Below are positions 39,053-51,301 of a stretch of DNA of 64,000 bases, one piece after another; position 1 is the stretch's first letter; the number at the start of each line of letters is the position of its first letter. The translations under genes were made by a program, and so were the position numbers. Source of the stretch: Candidatus Eiseniibacteriota bacterium (lineage in GTDB: Bacteria; Eisenbacteria; RBG-16-71-46); assembly GCA_963707915.1 (NCBI GenBank), contig OY970178.1, positions 128,001-192,000 on the forward strand, read 5' to 3'. The notes below the pieces were generated by a model, which was not told the origin of the DNA, searched no databases, and saw only the letters and a program-made list of their open reading frames with translations.

Positions 39053-39742
39053 ATGTTCACGCTTCAGGGCATCACGAAGTCCTATGCCAGCCGACGCGGG
39101 GTCGTCCACGCCCTCTGGGACATCTCCCTCAGCATCGAACGGGGGAGTTTCACTGCGGTCACGGGTCCGTCGGGCTCCGGGAAGACCACGCTGCTCCTGA
39201 CACTCGGCGGTCTGATCCGGCCAACCTCCGGACAGGTGGTGTTCGAGGGGACCGACCTCGGTAGTCTCGACGAGAAGCGTCTCGCCGGGTACCGCAATCG
39301 GAGCGTGGGGTTCGTCCTGCAGAGCTTCAACTTGATTCCCTACCTGAGCGCCTACGAGAACGTCATGGTCCCGGCGTCACTCGGTGCGTCCACCAACGGC
39401 GACCAGACGCAGCGGGCGAGGTCGCTTCTGGATCGCCTGGGAATGGCGGACCGGATGGACCATCTGCCTCGTGAGCTTTCCGTCGGACAGCAGCAGCGTG
39501 TCGCCATCGCGCGCGCGTTGAGCAACGACCCCAAGGTCATCCTGGCCGATGAGCCGACCGGCAATCTCGATCCAGCCCTGGCCGCAGAGATCCTGGCCAT
39601 CCTCCGGGATCTGAACGAGAAGGAGGGGCGGACGGTGGTGCTGGTCACGCACAGTCCCGAGGCGGCGAAGGCGGGGCGCCAGCACATACGACTGACGGCG
39701 GGGCAATGCACTGCAGAAGACCCGGCGCTCGCGGTGCTCTGA
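39053..39742 (+). CDS. ABC ATP-binding protein (LolD/MacB type)
   Basis: [31 protein letters not shown]. Confidence 0.93.
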   Translation: MFTLQGITKSYASRRGVVHALWDISLSIERGSFTAVTGPSGSGKTTLLLTLGGLIRPTSGQVVFEGTDLGSLDEKRLAGYRNRSVGFVLQSFNLIPYLSAYENVMVPASLGASTNGDQTQRARSLLDRLGMADRMDHLPRELSVGQQQRVAIARALSNDPKVILADEPTGNLDPALAAEILAILRDLNEKEGRTVVLVTHSPEAAKAGRQHIRLTAGQCTAEDPALAVL

Positions 39743-39920
39743 TTCCGCGTGGGCGCCTGGCCGGCTTGAGGCTGGCGCCAAGCCGGGAAGCCTCCTGACC
39801 CGCTGGTGATCGGATCCCGGCCTCCTGAGGCCTCCCCTGCGCCGCTCCGTCAACCCAGGCGCCGCATCGAGGGTCACCCAGCCGTTCCGCCCTGGGCGGC
39901 TGTCAGCGCGCTCAACCTGT

Positions 39921-40053
39921 GGGCTTCAATTGCCCCTTACACGCCCGGCGAATCAACCGCTACTTGCCAGCTGTCCCCCCGGACCTTGTGGTAGCCTCGC
40001 GCTAGTTTCCAATTGCCCTTGACGCGCCGGTTCGAATCCGGGTGCCGCCTCCA
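39921..40053 (+). repeat. Element end 1: ~106-bp arm + tRNA-Cys 3' 27-mer (exact)
   Basis: 40027-40053 identical to 25242-25268; arm aligns without gaps to 41826-41931. Confidence 0.9.
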
Positions 40054-40349
40054 GTTCTCCGAGTTGTGGCCCTCTCTCCGACCCTGGTTCAGGCCAGGCC
40101 ACCTGGAGCGAGTCCAACCGGAGCCGCCGACGCCAATCTCGCTGCAGTTGGCCGCGCGATGCCCCGCTTGTGGTTGGCGCCGCAAGCGGGGGTTTCGTCT
40201 TGGGGGCAGGAGGGGACTGAAGAGGACCTTGACCCGGCGATCCATCGGTGAACAACGGGTTCACCCTGGGAAGATGACGGAACCCGTCAAAGCGTGGGCA
40301 GCTCGTCCACGCGGAACCGTCATCGGGTTCACCCGAGCTGTCTGCTGGG

Positions 40350-41108
40350 TCAATGACCCTTGGTCGCCGCACGATGCCGGAAGAGCACAAGGCACGCGAC
40401 GATGAAGGTCAGCAGTGCGGCGGACGCAGAGTAGCGGCTCAGCGCCAACCCGCCCGCGCGGACCGGCTTGTCGAGGAAGTCGCCGACCACGGCGCCCAAT
40501 GGACGCGTCAGGACGAAGGCCGCCCAGAAGAGCTTGGTGCGCGAGATCTTGGTCCAATAGTACGCTGCGACGACCAGCGCGAGCAGCACGCCGAATACGG
40601 CGGCCGCGCCAAGATAACCCAGCCCGGCGGTATCGGCCGTCCAGTCGCCCAGCGCGGTGCCCAGGGTCTGGGAAAGCATGATGGTCACCCAGTAGAACAT
40701 CTCGGTCTTGGCCGAAATCACCGTATCCACCGACACCGACCCCATGGTGCGATACCACGTGACGAGCGACGCGATCAGCAACGCGAAGAGCAGCGATGTG
40801 CCACCTGCGTAGCCGATGTGGAGCGAGCGGTCGGCAAAGTCGGCCAGCGTGGTGCCGACGGTCGTCGTGGCGACGATCGTCGTCCAGTACAAGTACGGAT
40901 GGAAGCGCTTGGCGGCGATCTGCGCGCCCACCGCGAGCAGGAAGATCAAGGCGAAGATGCCGGTGGCGACAAGGTAGCCAAGATTCATCGACATCGACAC
41001 CGCGTCTCCGCCGGTCTCTCCCAGCGTCGTGGCGGCGATCTTGACGACCCAGAAGAGCAGCGTGATCTCCGGAACCTTGCTCACGCGCTTCTCAATCGCG
41101 GTGCTCAC
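40350..41108 (-). CDS. DUF347/COG4705 membrane protein
   Basis: SKVPEITLLFWVVKIAATTLGETGGD, YW, TLGTALGD, FWAAFVLTRPLGA repeats; GTG with AGGAG. Confidence 0.85.
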   Translation of the reverse strand: MSTAIEKRVSKVPEITLLFWVVKIAATTLGETGGDAVSMSMNLGYLVATGIFALIFLLAVGAQIAAKRFHPYLYWTTIVATTTVGTTLADFADRSLHIGYAGGTSLLFALLIASLVTWYRTMGSVSVDTVISAKTEMFYWVTIMLSQTLGTALGDWTADTAGLGYLGAAAVFGVLLALVVAAYYWTKISRTKLFWAAFVLTRPLGAVVGDFLDKPVRAGGLALSRYSASAALLTFIVACLVLFRHRAATKGH

Positions 41109-41825
41109 GGAGTCTCCTCTTCGCGAAGGGGTGCTGGACAGACTCCGGTGCGACCAGCGCACACCCACCCCGGCCGCATTCCGACCACGCGCGGCGCCCG
41201 CCACGCGTGGCAAACGGTGTGCTCATGAATGGGCTTTTGCTAGCGCACGGCCAGCTCTGCTTCGTCTACGCACGCCAGCAGCGCGTTCGCCGCATGCACG
41301 TCGCCGGGGCGTCCGTCCGTGACGGCCTCGATCACCGGCTCAAGCTTCTCGCTGAACGCGAGGGCGCTTGTCGAACAGGTGCGCTGAGCAGCGGAGGCTC
41401 CGGAGACACCACCAGAGGCCGATCCCAGCGCGGCCAGACAGGCCACCACGACCAGTGGGGCGGTGGTCGCATCGCGGCACGCAGATCGCGGTCGCAAAGT
41501 GCGGGGCGCGGCGCTCATTCATTGCTCCTCAGGACTCGACGGACGGCCCGGCGTGCACAGCCACGGCATGCTCAGTGTCGTAGCTGACACGAAGCGAGCA
41601 GTTGTGTCAATGCGCAGCATGAAGGCGGCCTCCCGGTGCGCCGACCGCTTCAGCCCCGCCGATCCGGGGTGGCCGGCGATCTTCTCTGCGCTGCCCGCGG
41701 GTCGAGCTGCGGGACGTGGCCCACCCTCGACGGTGAATCGGGCGACCCGGATGTTTCGGTCAAGCAACCTGCCTCGACCGCTATCCGGTCGCTTGGCCCA
41801 GGGCGGCCATACGCGTTCGATGCGC

Positions 41826-41958
41826 GGACTTCAACGGCCCCTTTCACGCCCGGCGGATCAGGGGCCACCCGCCGACCTCCCCATCGGACCTTGTGGGGGG
41901 CTCGGGTAGGTTTCCGATCGCCCTTGACGCGCCGGTTCGAATCCGGGTACCGCCTCCA
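41826..41958 (+). repeat. Element end 2: arm + tRNA-Cys 3' 27-mer (26/27)
   Basis: CCGGTTCGAATCCGGGTACCGCCTCCA at 41932-41958. Confidence 0.88.
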
Positions 41959-42454
41959 GATTCGCTCCCGGCCCGCCGCTGCGACGACCTCTGATTCCGG
42001 TAATCGCCCGGGCATGCGATGTCGGGCCTGGGAGTCGGCGTTCCCACGCCCTGTCCCCGACGGGTTCCGTGGTGGGTCCGCCACCGCCTCCGGGCGACGC
42101 CGGCAGCGGGAACCACCGCTGCCGTACCGCCTTCCCGGAGTCTGCCCACTCCACGTGTGCGATGGCTCGTTCTCCTTGCGATGGTGCGAACCCTCGCAGA
42201 CGATGCGATCGGCGCCGGCGACGTCTCCGTCGCCCGCCTTTCGGGTGCCGCCGTTCCGAGGGGCCCGGTGGCTCGCAGGGCCGGGTGTCAGAGCGGCGAC
42301 AACCCCAATGTGCCCCGGCAAGCGAAGATCACGAGCACTTGAGTTCGGTATGTGGTTCGACGCAGGGGAGCCCGCGGGGAGTCGTCATGGTGGGAGCCGC
42401 CGATCCACCGCGCCCATCTGCGCTGGTCGGCTCGCGCCGGTTCCGCCGCCAGGC

Positions 42455-45400
42455 TCACCGTCGCGAGCGCGACGCTCGCTTGCCGGCCCCGGCGGGGACC
42501 GATGCGCCCAACACCACGCGCACGCGGTGCACCGCGCCATCGTCGGCCAGCGGGATCGCGCCGGCGTCGATCACCGCGCCATCCATCAGCGCCTCCGCGA
42601 CGCCGCGATTGCAGTGCCCGGGATTCTCCACCGTGATCTCGTAGAGGCTCCGCCCATATCGCCAGCGCACGACGAAGCCGTCCCACGTCGCGGGTATGCA
42701 GGGCGCGATCGCCAGGTGCTGACCCCGGCGCCTGAGCCCGAGGATCGACTCGAGACCGAGCCGGTACATCCACGCCGCCGAGCCGGTGTACCAGGTCCAG
42801 CCGCCGCGGCCGATGTGCGATGGGTGCGTGTAGACGTCGGCCGCCACCACGAAGGGTTCCGCCTTGTAGCGCTCGACTTCGGCGCGTGAGCGGGTGTGGT
42901 TGATCGGATTCAGCATGTGGAACAGTTCGACCGCCTCGTCGCCGTTGCCGAGATGCGCGAACGCCATCACCGTCCAGAGCGCGGCATGGGTGTACTGGCC
43001 GCCGTTCTCCCGCACGCCCGGCAGGTAGCCCTTGATGTAGCCGGGTTCGAGCGCGGACTGGTCGAAGGGCGGGGCGAGCAGCTGGATCACGCCCGCGTCG
43101 CGCCGTACCAGTTGCATCCGCACGGCGTCCATGGCGCGCTCGGCCCGCTGCGGCGCAGCGGCGCCGGAGAGCACGGCCCAGCTCTGCGAGATCGAATCGA
43201 TCCGGCACTCCGGGAGCTGTGCGGAGCCCAGCGGGGTGCCGTCGTCGAAGTAGGCGCGGCGATACCAGTCGCCGTCCCACGCCTGCTCGAGCACCGTGCC
43301 GAGCCGCTCGCGTTCCCCACGCCACCGGGCGGCGCGTTCAAGATCGCCGCGCACTTCGACGATCGTTGCGAAGTCGCCCAGGATCTTCGAGAGGAACCAG
43401 CCGAGCCACACGCTCTCGCCGCGGCCCTGGTGTCCGACGCGGTTCATGCCGTCGTTCCAGTCGCCCGTGCCGATCAGCGGCAGGCCGTGCGAGCCGACGG
43501 TCAGGCCGCGCTCGATGGCGCGCACGCAGTGCTCGTAGAGCGTGCCGCTCAGCCCCGACACCCCGGGCTGCCCGTAGCTCTCCAGCTCCGTCCGGCCGGA
43601 GCGCGGGGGCTTCGAGGAAGGCCACGGGCACGTCGAGCACCGCCTGATCGCCGGTGCAACGCAGGTAGTGGGCGACGGCATAGGGAAGCCACAGCAGGTC
43701 GTCGGAGCAACGGCTCCGCACGCCGCGACCCGAGGGCTCGTGCCACCAGTGCTGCACGTCACCCTCGGCGAACTGATGCGCGGCGGCGCGCAGCAGGTGC
43801 TGGCGGAACAGGTCCGGCCGCGCGAACGCGAGCGCCATCACGTCCTGCAGCTGGTCGCGGAAGCCGTAGGCGCCGCCGGGCTGGAAGAAGCCGGTGCGGC
43901 CCCACAGGCGCGAGCTCACCGTCTGGTAGAGCAGCCAGCGATTCATGATCAGGTCGAACGAGTCGTCCGGGGTCTCGACCTGCACGGCGCCGAGCAGGTC
44001 GTCCCAGCGCTGTTCGACCTCTTCCAGCGCCGCGCGCGCAGCCGCGACGCTGGCGAAGCGGCGCGCCAGTTCCAGCGCGTGCTCGCGGTCGTTCCCCTGC
44101 CCGAGCAGCAGGACCACTTCGCGCGTCTCGCCAGGCTCGAGATCCACGCTGAGCTGCAGCGCCGCGCACGGGTCGAGGCCCGCGCCGAAGTGATGCGACA
44201 GCGCCTCGCGGGCCAGCGCCGCGGGGCGGCGCAGCGAGCCGTTCCGGCCGAGGAACTCGATCCGGTCGCCGGTCGCGGACCGGGGACGCTGGCTTGCGTG
44301 CGCGAATGCGACGCGCCCGGCGAAGTCCGGGTTGTACGGGTTGTGCGCCAGGACCGCGCCGGTCTTCGAGTCCTGTTCGGTGATCACGAAGCGCTGCTCG
44401 CCGGCGCGCGGCGGGCACAGCGCCCACTCGTTGTAGGCGAAGACGCTGAGACGCCGTGGCCGGGCCGTGTGATTGCTGAGCGTGAGCAGCGAGAGCCGGA
44501 TCGGCTCCTGGGCGTGAACGAAGACCGCGAGCTCGCAGACGACGCCGTGGTCGCCGTGACGGAAGCGGGTCACGCCGGCACCGTGGCGGATCACCCAGCG
44601 GCCACCGTCGGGCGGCCGCGGCAGCGGGCCCGGCGTGGCGCCCCAGGTCTCGCCGTCCTCCTCGTCGCGCAGGTAGAGGGCCTCGCCGCTGAACTCGCTC
44701 ACCGGGTCGTTGCCGAACGGGGTCAGGCGGTTCTCGCGGCTGTTCCCGGCCCAGGTCCAGGCGGCGCCGGTGGCCCCGATCACCGTGCCGAAGCGCTCGT
44801 TCGCGATCACGTTCACCCAGGGCAGCGGCGTGTCCTCGTCGCCGTTCAGCACGATCGCGTATTCGCGCCCGCCGGCGGTGAAGCCCCCGAGGTCGTTGGT
44901 GTGATCGAGCGGCGGCGCCTCGACCTCCGGACCACGGTCCCGCACGATCGCTGCCCCAGGCCTCGGGTGCGTGGTCAGTGCGCGAGGCCAGCGGGGCTCG
45001 GGGAAGGGCAGCTCGAGCTGGTCGGCGAGCCCGCCGCGCTCACCGCTGAGCAGCGCGTGCGCGGCCGCCAGCAGCAGCCTGCGCTCGGCTTCAGGCATGC
45101 CGTCGCCACGCAGCAGGAACACGCCGCCGGGGCGGTGCTTCCAGGCCGCCCAGGGGCCGCTCTCGAGCAGGCCCTGGAGTTGCTCGTGCATCTCGTCGAG
45201 GTAGCTGGCCGGATGCTCGTTCAGGATCACGACCTCGGCGTCGAGGCCCATGAGCCGCCAGTACTCCTGCGCGCGCAGCACCTGGCGCACCAGCGACAGG
45301 TCGTTCTCCTCGACCACCCGCACGATCAGGATGGGCAGGTCGCCGGAGACGCCGTGGGACCAGAGACCGGGCTGGCCGAGCGTGTTGCCCTGCGAGGAAC

Positions 45401-48400
45401 TCGGGCGCGGCGCGCAGGGAAGCGTCGGTCCAGAGCACGTGCGAGGCGAGTTGCTCGTAGAGCCGGGCCTCGTCGGTCGAGATGCCGAGGTGGCGCAGCC
45501 GCATCTGCGTCTGGGTCGTGGCGAGGGCGAACGTGCGGGCAGCCGAAGCGGGATCGTCGTACTTCTCGGCAAGCGCGATCGCCGCGGCCCGGCTCGTCGC
45601 CACGCCGGTCGCGAAGGCGAGGCGCACCTGCCCGCCGGGGGCGATGCGCACGCGCCGCCGCAGGCTCAGGACCGGGTCCAGCACCGCACCGGTGGTGCCC
45701 GAGAGCGCCCGGCCATCGAGGGCGACGGGGTCCTCCGGCGTGCGTCCGCGGCCGAGAAAGCGCACGCGGTCGGTCTCCCACTCGATCGCGCCGTAGACGC
45801 CGCCCTCGGCGCTCAGCACGTGCACGGCCCAGAGCACGGGCTCGTCGGGCGAGCGTGGGCGGCGTCCGCAGAGCAGGGCCGAGCACTCGGGGCGGTACTC
45901 GGTCTCGAGGAACAGCTTCAGGAACGCCGGGTGGGCGAGGTCGTCGGCGGGCGGCGCGAGCACGATCTCGACCAGGCTCGTCACCTCGATCTCGCGCAGG
46001 CGGTCGCTGCGGTTGACCAGCGAGACGCGGCGCACCTCGACGTCGTCCTCGGGGGACACGGTGATCTCGAGGCGTGTCTCGATGCCATCGTCCGTGCGAT
46101 CGAACACGGCCTCGTCGGCGCGGAAGTTCACGAGGTAGCGTTCGGGTTCGCAGCAGACGGGCTGGTAGGCGGCCGACCAGAGCCGGCCGCTGCGCACGTC
46201 GCGCAGGTAGATGGACTGGCTGCCCGTGTCGCTGGCCGGGTCGTCGCGCCGGCGCGTGACCGCACGGCCGCGCCAGCTGCTGGTGCCGCCGCCGGCGTTG
46301 GTGACGACGGTCGTGTACTGGCCGTTCGAGAGGAAGTGGGCGCTCGGGAAGCGGGTGTGCGGAGAGCGGAAGCGCCGCGGCGAGACGTCCAGGGGCAGCG
46401 CCTCCGCCCGCGTCGACTCGGCTGGGCGCGGCTGGGTGACGGGCACGAAGCGCGGCACGCGCTCCTGCAGCAGCGGCTCCGTGGCCTGCACGCGCGGATC
46501 GGAGTGGAAGCGCCGCACCATCGGTGCTTCGAGCACGGCGTTCGCGAGCGCGACCAGGCTCATGCCCTGGTGGTGGGCGAAGAACGCGCGCACGATGTGG
46601 ACCCGCGCCGGGTCGGGTGCAGGCTCGCCGTTGGCGCCGAAGGTCCTGCGCGGCGTGTAGTCGAGCGCTTCGTCGAAGCCGAAGCGCCCCGCCGCGCCTT
46701 CGCGAGCCAGGCGGCGGAAGTTCGCGGCGGCGCCCGCCGGATCGACCATGGCCGCCAGCGCGGTGGCGTAGGGCGCGATCACCAGGTCCTCGGCGAGCCC
46801 GCGCTTGAGTCCCAGGCCGGGGACGCCGAAAGCCTTGTACTGATGGTCGCCGTGCGGGTCCACCACGTTGAACGCCGACTCCGAGATCCCCCACGGCACG
46901 CCGTGGCGCCGGCCGTAGAGGATCTGCGCGCGCACCACCGCCTGGCAGGTGTTCTCAAGCAGCGTCTCGGGGTGGCTGCGCAGCACCAGCAGCGGCATCA
47001 GGTATTCGAACATCGAGCCGCTCCACGACACCAGGGTGGCGCGGCCCTCGACGCTCACCAGGGCGCGCGAGAGCCGGAACCAGTGCTCCTGCGGCACCTC
47101 GCCCCGGGCGATGGCGATGAAGCTGGCGAGCCGGGACTCCGACGCCAGCAGATCGTAGTACGAGGTGTCGAGGCGGCCCGGCCCCTCGGCGTCGGCGAGC
47201 CGGAAGCCGATCGAGAAGATCCCGCCCTGCCGGTCGTAGAGGAACTTCCAGTCCATGGCGTCGGCGAAGGCATCGCAGCGGACGGGCGAGGTCGCGAAGG
47301 CGGGCGCGCAGGCTGTCGGGCGGTGCGGTGGTCGTCGTCCACCGGCGTAGCGCGTCGAACAGCGCCCGGTCCCAGTCGCCGATCTCGTCGGCCTCGGGCC
47401 CGGCAGAGGCCTCCGTCGCGACCCGCTTCAGCATCGCGCGCAGCACGTCGGTATCGGGTAGCGCGTCGCCGGGCTCGTCGCGCGCGGGCTCCGGGCCGGC
47501 CAGCGCCGCGCGCAGTGGGGCCAGTTCGCGGAAGGCGGCGCGGCAGTGCTGATGCAGGGGCGCCGCAGCATGCGAGCGGCGGGTCAGGGCCGCCAGCGAG
47601 TCCGCGAGCACGCCCGCGGCGTCGAGGGCGCCGGCCCACAGCCGGTGTGATTCCTCCGGCTCCTCGGCGATCTGGCGCAGCCCGGCCGCCAGCGCCATCA
47701 GGGCGCCCGCCAGGTTGCCGCTGTCCACGGTCGAGACGTAGCGCGGGGCGAGCGGCGCCAGGTTGATCGTGTCGTACCAGTTGAGCAGGTGGCCCTGGTA
47801 GCGCTCGAGTGACTCGATGGTGGTGAGCGTGTCGTCGATCCGGTCCGCGAGTTCATCGGTGCGCAGGTAGCCCAGGTCGTGCGCGGCAAGCGTGGAGAGC
47901 AGTCCCATGCCGACGTTGGTCGGGAGAGCTGCGGTGGGCGATGCGCAGTTCCGGCACCTCCTGGACGTTGTCGGGGGGCAGCCAGTGGTCCTGTCCGGTC
48001 ACGAAGCGCTCGAAGTAGTGCCAGGTCCGGCGTGCGACGCGACGCAACTGCCCGGCGTCCTCGGTGCTGAGCGCGAGGCGCCGGGCACGACGGGGCGGCT
48101 CAGCCACCAGGCGACCGCCGGCGAGGCCAGCCAGGCGGCGAGGAAGGGCAGCGCCACGGGCAGCGCGGTGGCGCGGAGCGGCAGCACGCCCAGCAGCACG
48201 ACCAGCGTGGCCGCGGGGCCCGCCCACATCTCGGCGACGAAGACCCGCAACCCCCGGCGCGAGAGCAGCCGGGCGGCGCGCACCGCACCCGCTGCTGCGG
48301 TCTCCCATTCGAGCAGGCGCCGCTGCGTGATCACCATCCGCACCAGGGTGAGGACGATGGCGTGGAGCATCTCGTAGGCGTGGTAGGCGAGGAGCGCGAT

Positions 48401-51083
48401 CTCGAGCAGCACCTGGACGAGCGCGGTCTCGAGCTCCGCCCAGACGTCGCGCAGGAACACGCCGAGCGGCTGCTGTGGGCGCGGGCCCCGTGCGAAGTGG
48501 ACGACCGGCGGGATCAGCGGGAAGCCGAGCACCGCCAGCGCTGCCGAGCGTCCAGCCGAGCGGCGAGCCAGGCAGCCAGGTCCACGCCGACACGAGCAGC
48601 GCCACCAGCGCGGGCGCCACGAGGCTGCGGCGCAGGTTGTCGAGGATCTTCCAGCGGCTGATGAGCGGCAGCCGGCTGCGCTCGAGTCCGCGGCGGGCCG
48701 GCACCAGCGGCAGCAGCCACAGCAGGATCTGCCAGTCGCCCCGCACCCAGCGATGCTGGCGCCGCGCGTGGGCGAGCACGCTCGAAGGGAAGTCGTCCAC
48801 CACTTCGACGTCCGAGACCAGCGCACAGCGCGCGTGCAGGCCCTCGAAGAGGTCGTGCGAGAGCATCGCGTTCTCCGGTACGCGTCCCTCGAGAGCGGCG
48901 GCGAAGGCCTCGACGTCGTAGAGCCCCTTGCCGGTGAAGCTGCCCTCGCCGAAGAGGTCCTGGTAGGTGTCGGACACCGCCGTGGTGTACGGGTCCACGC
49001 CGGTGTGCCCGGCGTAGACGCGCGCGAACAGCGATCCCGCGGCGCTTGCCAGGGTCACGCTGATCCGCGGCTGGAGGATGCCGTAGCCCTCGACGACCCG
49101 CCGGAGCTTGGGGTCAAGACGCGGGCGGTTGAGCGGATGCTCGATCACGCCGATCAGCTGCCGCGCCACATCGCGCGGCAGACGGGTGTCGCTGTCGAGC
49201 GTGATGCAGTAGCGGACCTGCGGCAGGATCGCGGGCTCGCCGATCTGCACGACGAAGCTGCTGTCCGTGGCGCCCCGCAGGAGCCGGTTGAACTCCTCGA
49301 TCTTGCCGCGCTTGCGCTCCCAGCCCATCCACACGTTCTCGCTCGCGTTCCAGCGGCGCGCGCGGTGGAAGAGGTAGAAGCGGTCCGCGGTCTCCGGGGC
49401 GTAGCGCGTGTTGAGGGCGTGGATCCCCGCGATCGCCGCCTCGAGTGCCTCGTTCTCGCCCGGGAGTTGCTCGGCGGCCGCGTCCGGGAAGTCGGTGAGC
49501 AGCGCGAAGTGGATGCGCGGATCCATGTTCCCGAGCGCATGCACCTCGAGGCGTTCGACCAGCGCCCGCGCGCCCTCGACCGACGAGAGGATGGTCGGCA
49601 CGATCACCATCGTGCGCGCCGTCTCGGGCACTCCGCCGCGCAGGTCGAGTCGCGGCAGGGGCCGCGGCCTGACGACGCGGTGGACGATGCGCTGCACGAG
49701 CGCCACCGCGAGATCGCTGGCGGGGATGAGCGCGACCAGGCCCACCCAGGCCCATATCCAGGGCGGCGCCTGCTGCGTCCGCGCGACGGCGACCGCGAGC
49801 GCGACCGCGAGCGCCGAGAGCAGGGAGACCGAGCCGAGGTAGAAGAGCGTGGCGTGGGCGAAGATCCCGCGCCTCAGGCGTTGCCTGAGGTTCGGGTGGT
49901 GAGCCACGTCGATCTCGAGGTCGCGCCGGCCGTGCCCGATCAGGTGGTGTCCGACGTGGGCGGCGCTGGAATCGAGCCCCCGTGTCTCCGCCGCCTGGCG
50001 CGCGCTCTCGATGGCGCGGAGGGCGACCCGCACCTGGGCCTCGCCGGTCGGCTCGGCCAGTTCCTCGACCGCGTGCCGGTAGCGGTCGCGGCTGGCGAAA
50101 TCCATGCGGACGTAGATCCCGGGCGGGTCGCGCTGCAGGACCTGCTCGATCCGGCTGACGCGCTCGACGTACCGGTTCCAGTCGAGTGTGGCACACAGCC
50201 GCAGGCTGGTGATGGAGTTCTCCATCGACACGTGATTCATCGCCTGGCGCTGGTGCTCGGCGCGCACCGCGTCCTCGACCGTGGCGCCGGCGGCGGCCAG
50301 GCGCTCCTCGAGTTGCTTCCGCAGTTCGGCGGTCCCGGCGCCGTACTCGCGCATGCGCTGGAGCAGCTGGTCCACGAACGCGACGTGGAAGACGGCGATC
50401 AGGGGCGGCAGGCGGCCGCCCGCGGGCGCACTCTCGAAGCCGCTGAAGTGGCGATCGGCCCCGAGGCGCCCGTCGCGACTCTCGAGCAGCTCCTCGGAGA
50501 GCCGGCGGACGTGCTCGATCAGCGCGAGCTTGAGCATGCTGGGCCACGCCCACAGCTCGCCGATGCTGAGCGGTGCCACGGTCTGGTAGGCGTTCATGAA
50601 GCGGACCAGCCGCTCGAGATCGAGCCGCGCGTCGCTGTAGCGCAGCAGTTCCACGGCCATCGCGTAGACACGCGCCGTGCCGGAGAGCTCGCGGGTGGCC
50701 AGCTTCGGGAGCTCGAGGTAGTAGCGCGTCGGCAGGTGGCGGCGGATCTCGCGGAGCTCGCCCTCCACCAGATGGAAGTTGTCGAGCAGCCATTCGGCGG
50801 CGGGCCCCACGCCTTCGCCACGCCGCACGTCACCGGCGAGCAGGCGATACGCCTGGCGGAGTACGCGGGCGTCGTCCGTGAGGCGGCGCAGCAGCCGGTG
50901 GGGGCCGCGCCGGGGGTGTCGCGAGAGCGTGAAGCCCGCGGCAAGGACCCGGGCACGCTCCTCCAGGCGCTCGACGCCGAGGAGTTCGCCGTGCAGCGGG
51001 CTGGAATCGAGACCGATCGGCCGCAGAGGGGAGCTGCCCGGCTGAGGAGCGGCGCGGAACGGCGTGAGGAGGGTGCTTGCCAA
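42455..51083 (-). CDS. ndvB: Cyclic beta-1,2-glucan synthase / GH94 fusion (Cgs/NdvB/ChvB), split by about 6 indels
   Basis: [110 protein letters not shown] in consecutive fragments; start uncertain. Confidence 0.88.
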
Positions 51084-51301
51084 CAGCCTGCCGTCCTTCC
51101 GGAATGGACCGCGGAGGGCCCGCAGCCCCGATCGAGGCCAACCCAGGCATAGTAGCAGGGAAGGGTTCGGCGAGCCCTTGAGGGATGGGGGGCTCGTCCC
51201 GGGCGAGGGGCCAGGCGCCTCAGCGGCCGCAACGCCACGATTCACCGGGCGATCCTGGGGCGATCCAGCCGCGCCGGCGAACCAGGTGTTGGATCGTCTG
51301 C

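Larger units (their letters stand above)
25269..40053. mobile_element. tRNA-Cys-anchored island I (metal/metalloid cargo, no integrase seen)
   Basis: Bounded by the tRNA and an exact 27-bp duplicate of its 3' end at 40027-40053. Confidence 0.75.
40054..41958. mobile_element. tRNA-Cys-anchored block II
   Basis: Between tRNA 3'-end copies 1 and 2. Confidence 0.6.

Noticed and set aside
41240..41620. Short minus-strand ORFs and TGACAC/GTGTCA palindromes upstream of the DUF347 gene
   Set aside because: No recognisable protein; the palindromes are too short to assign a regulator.
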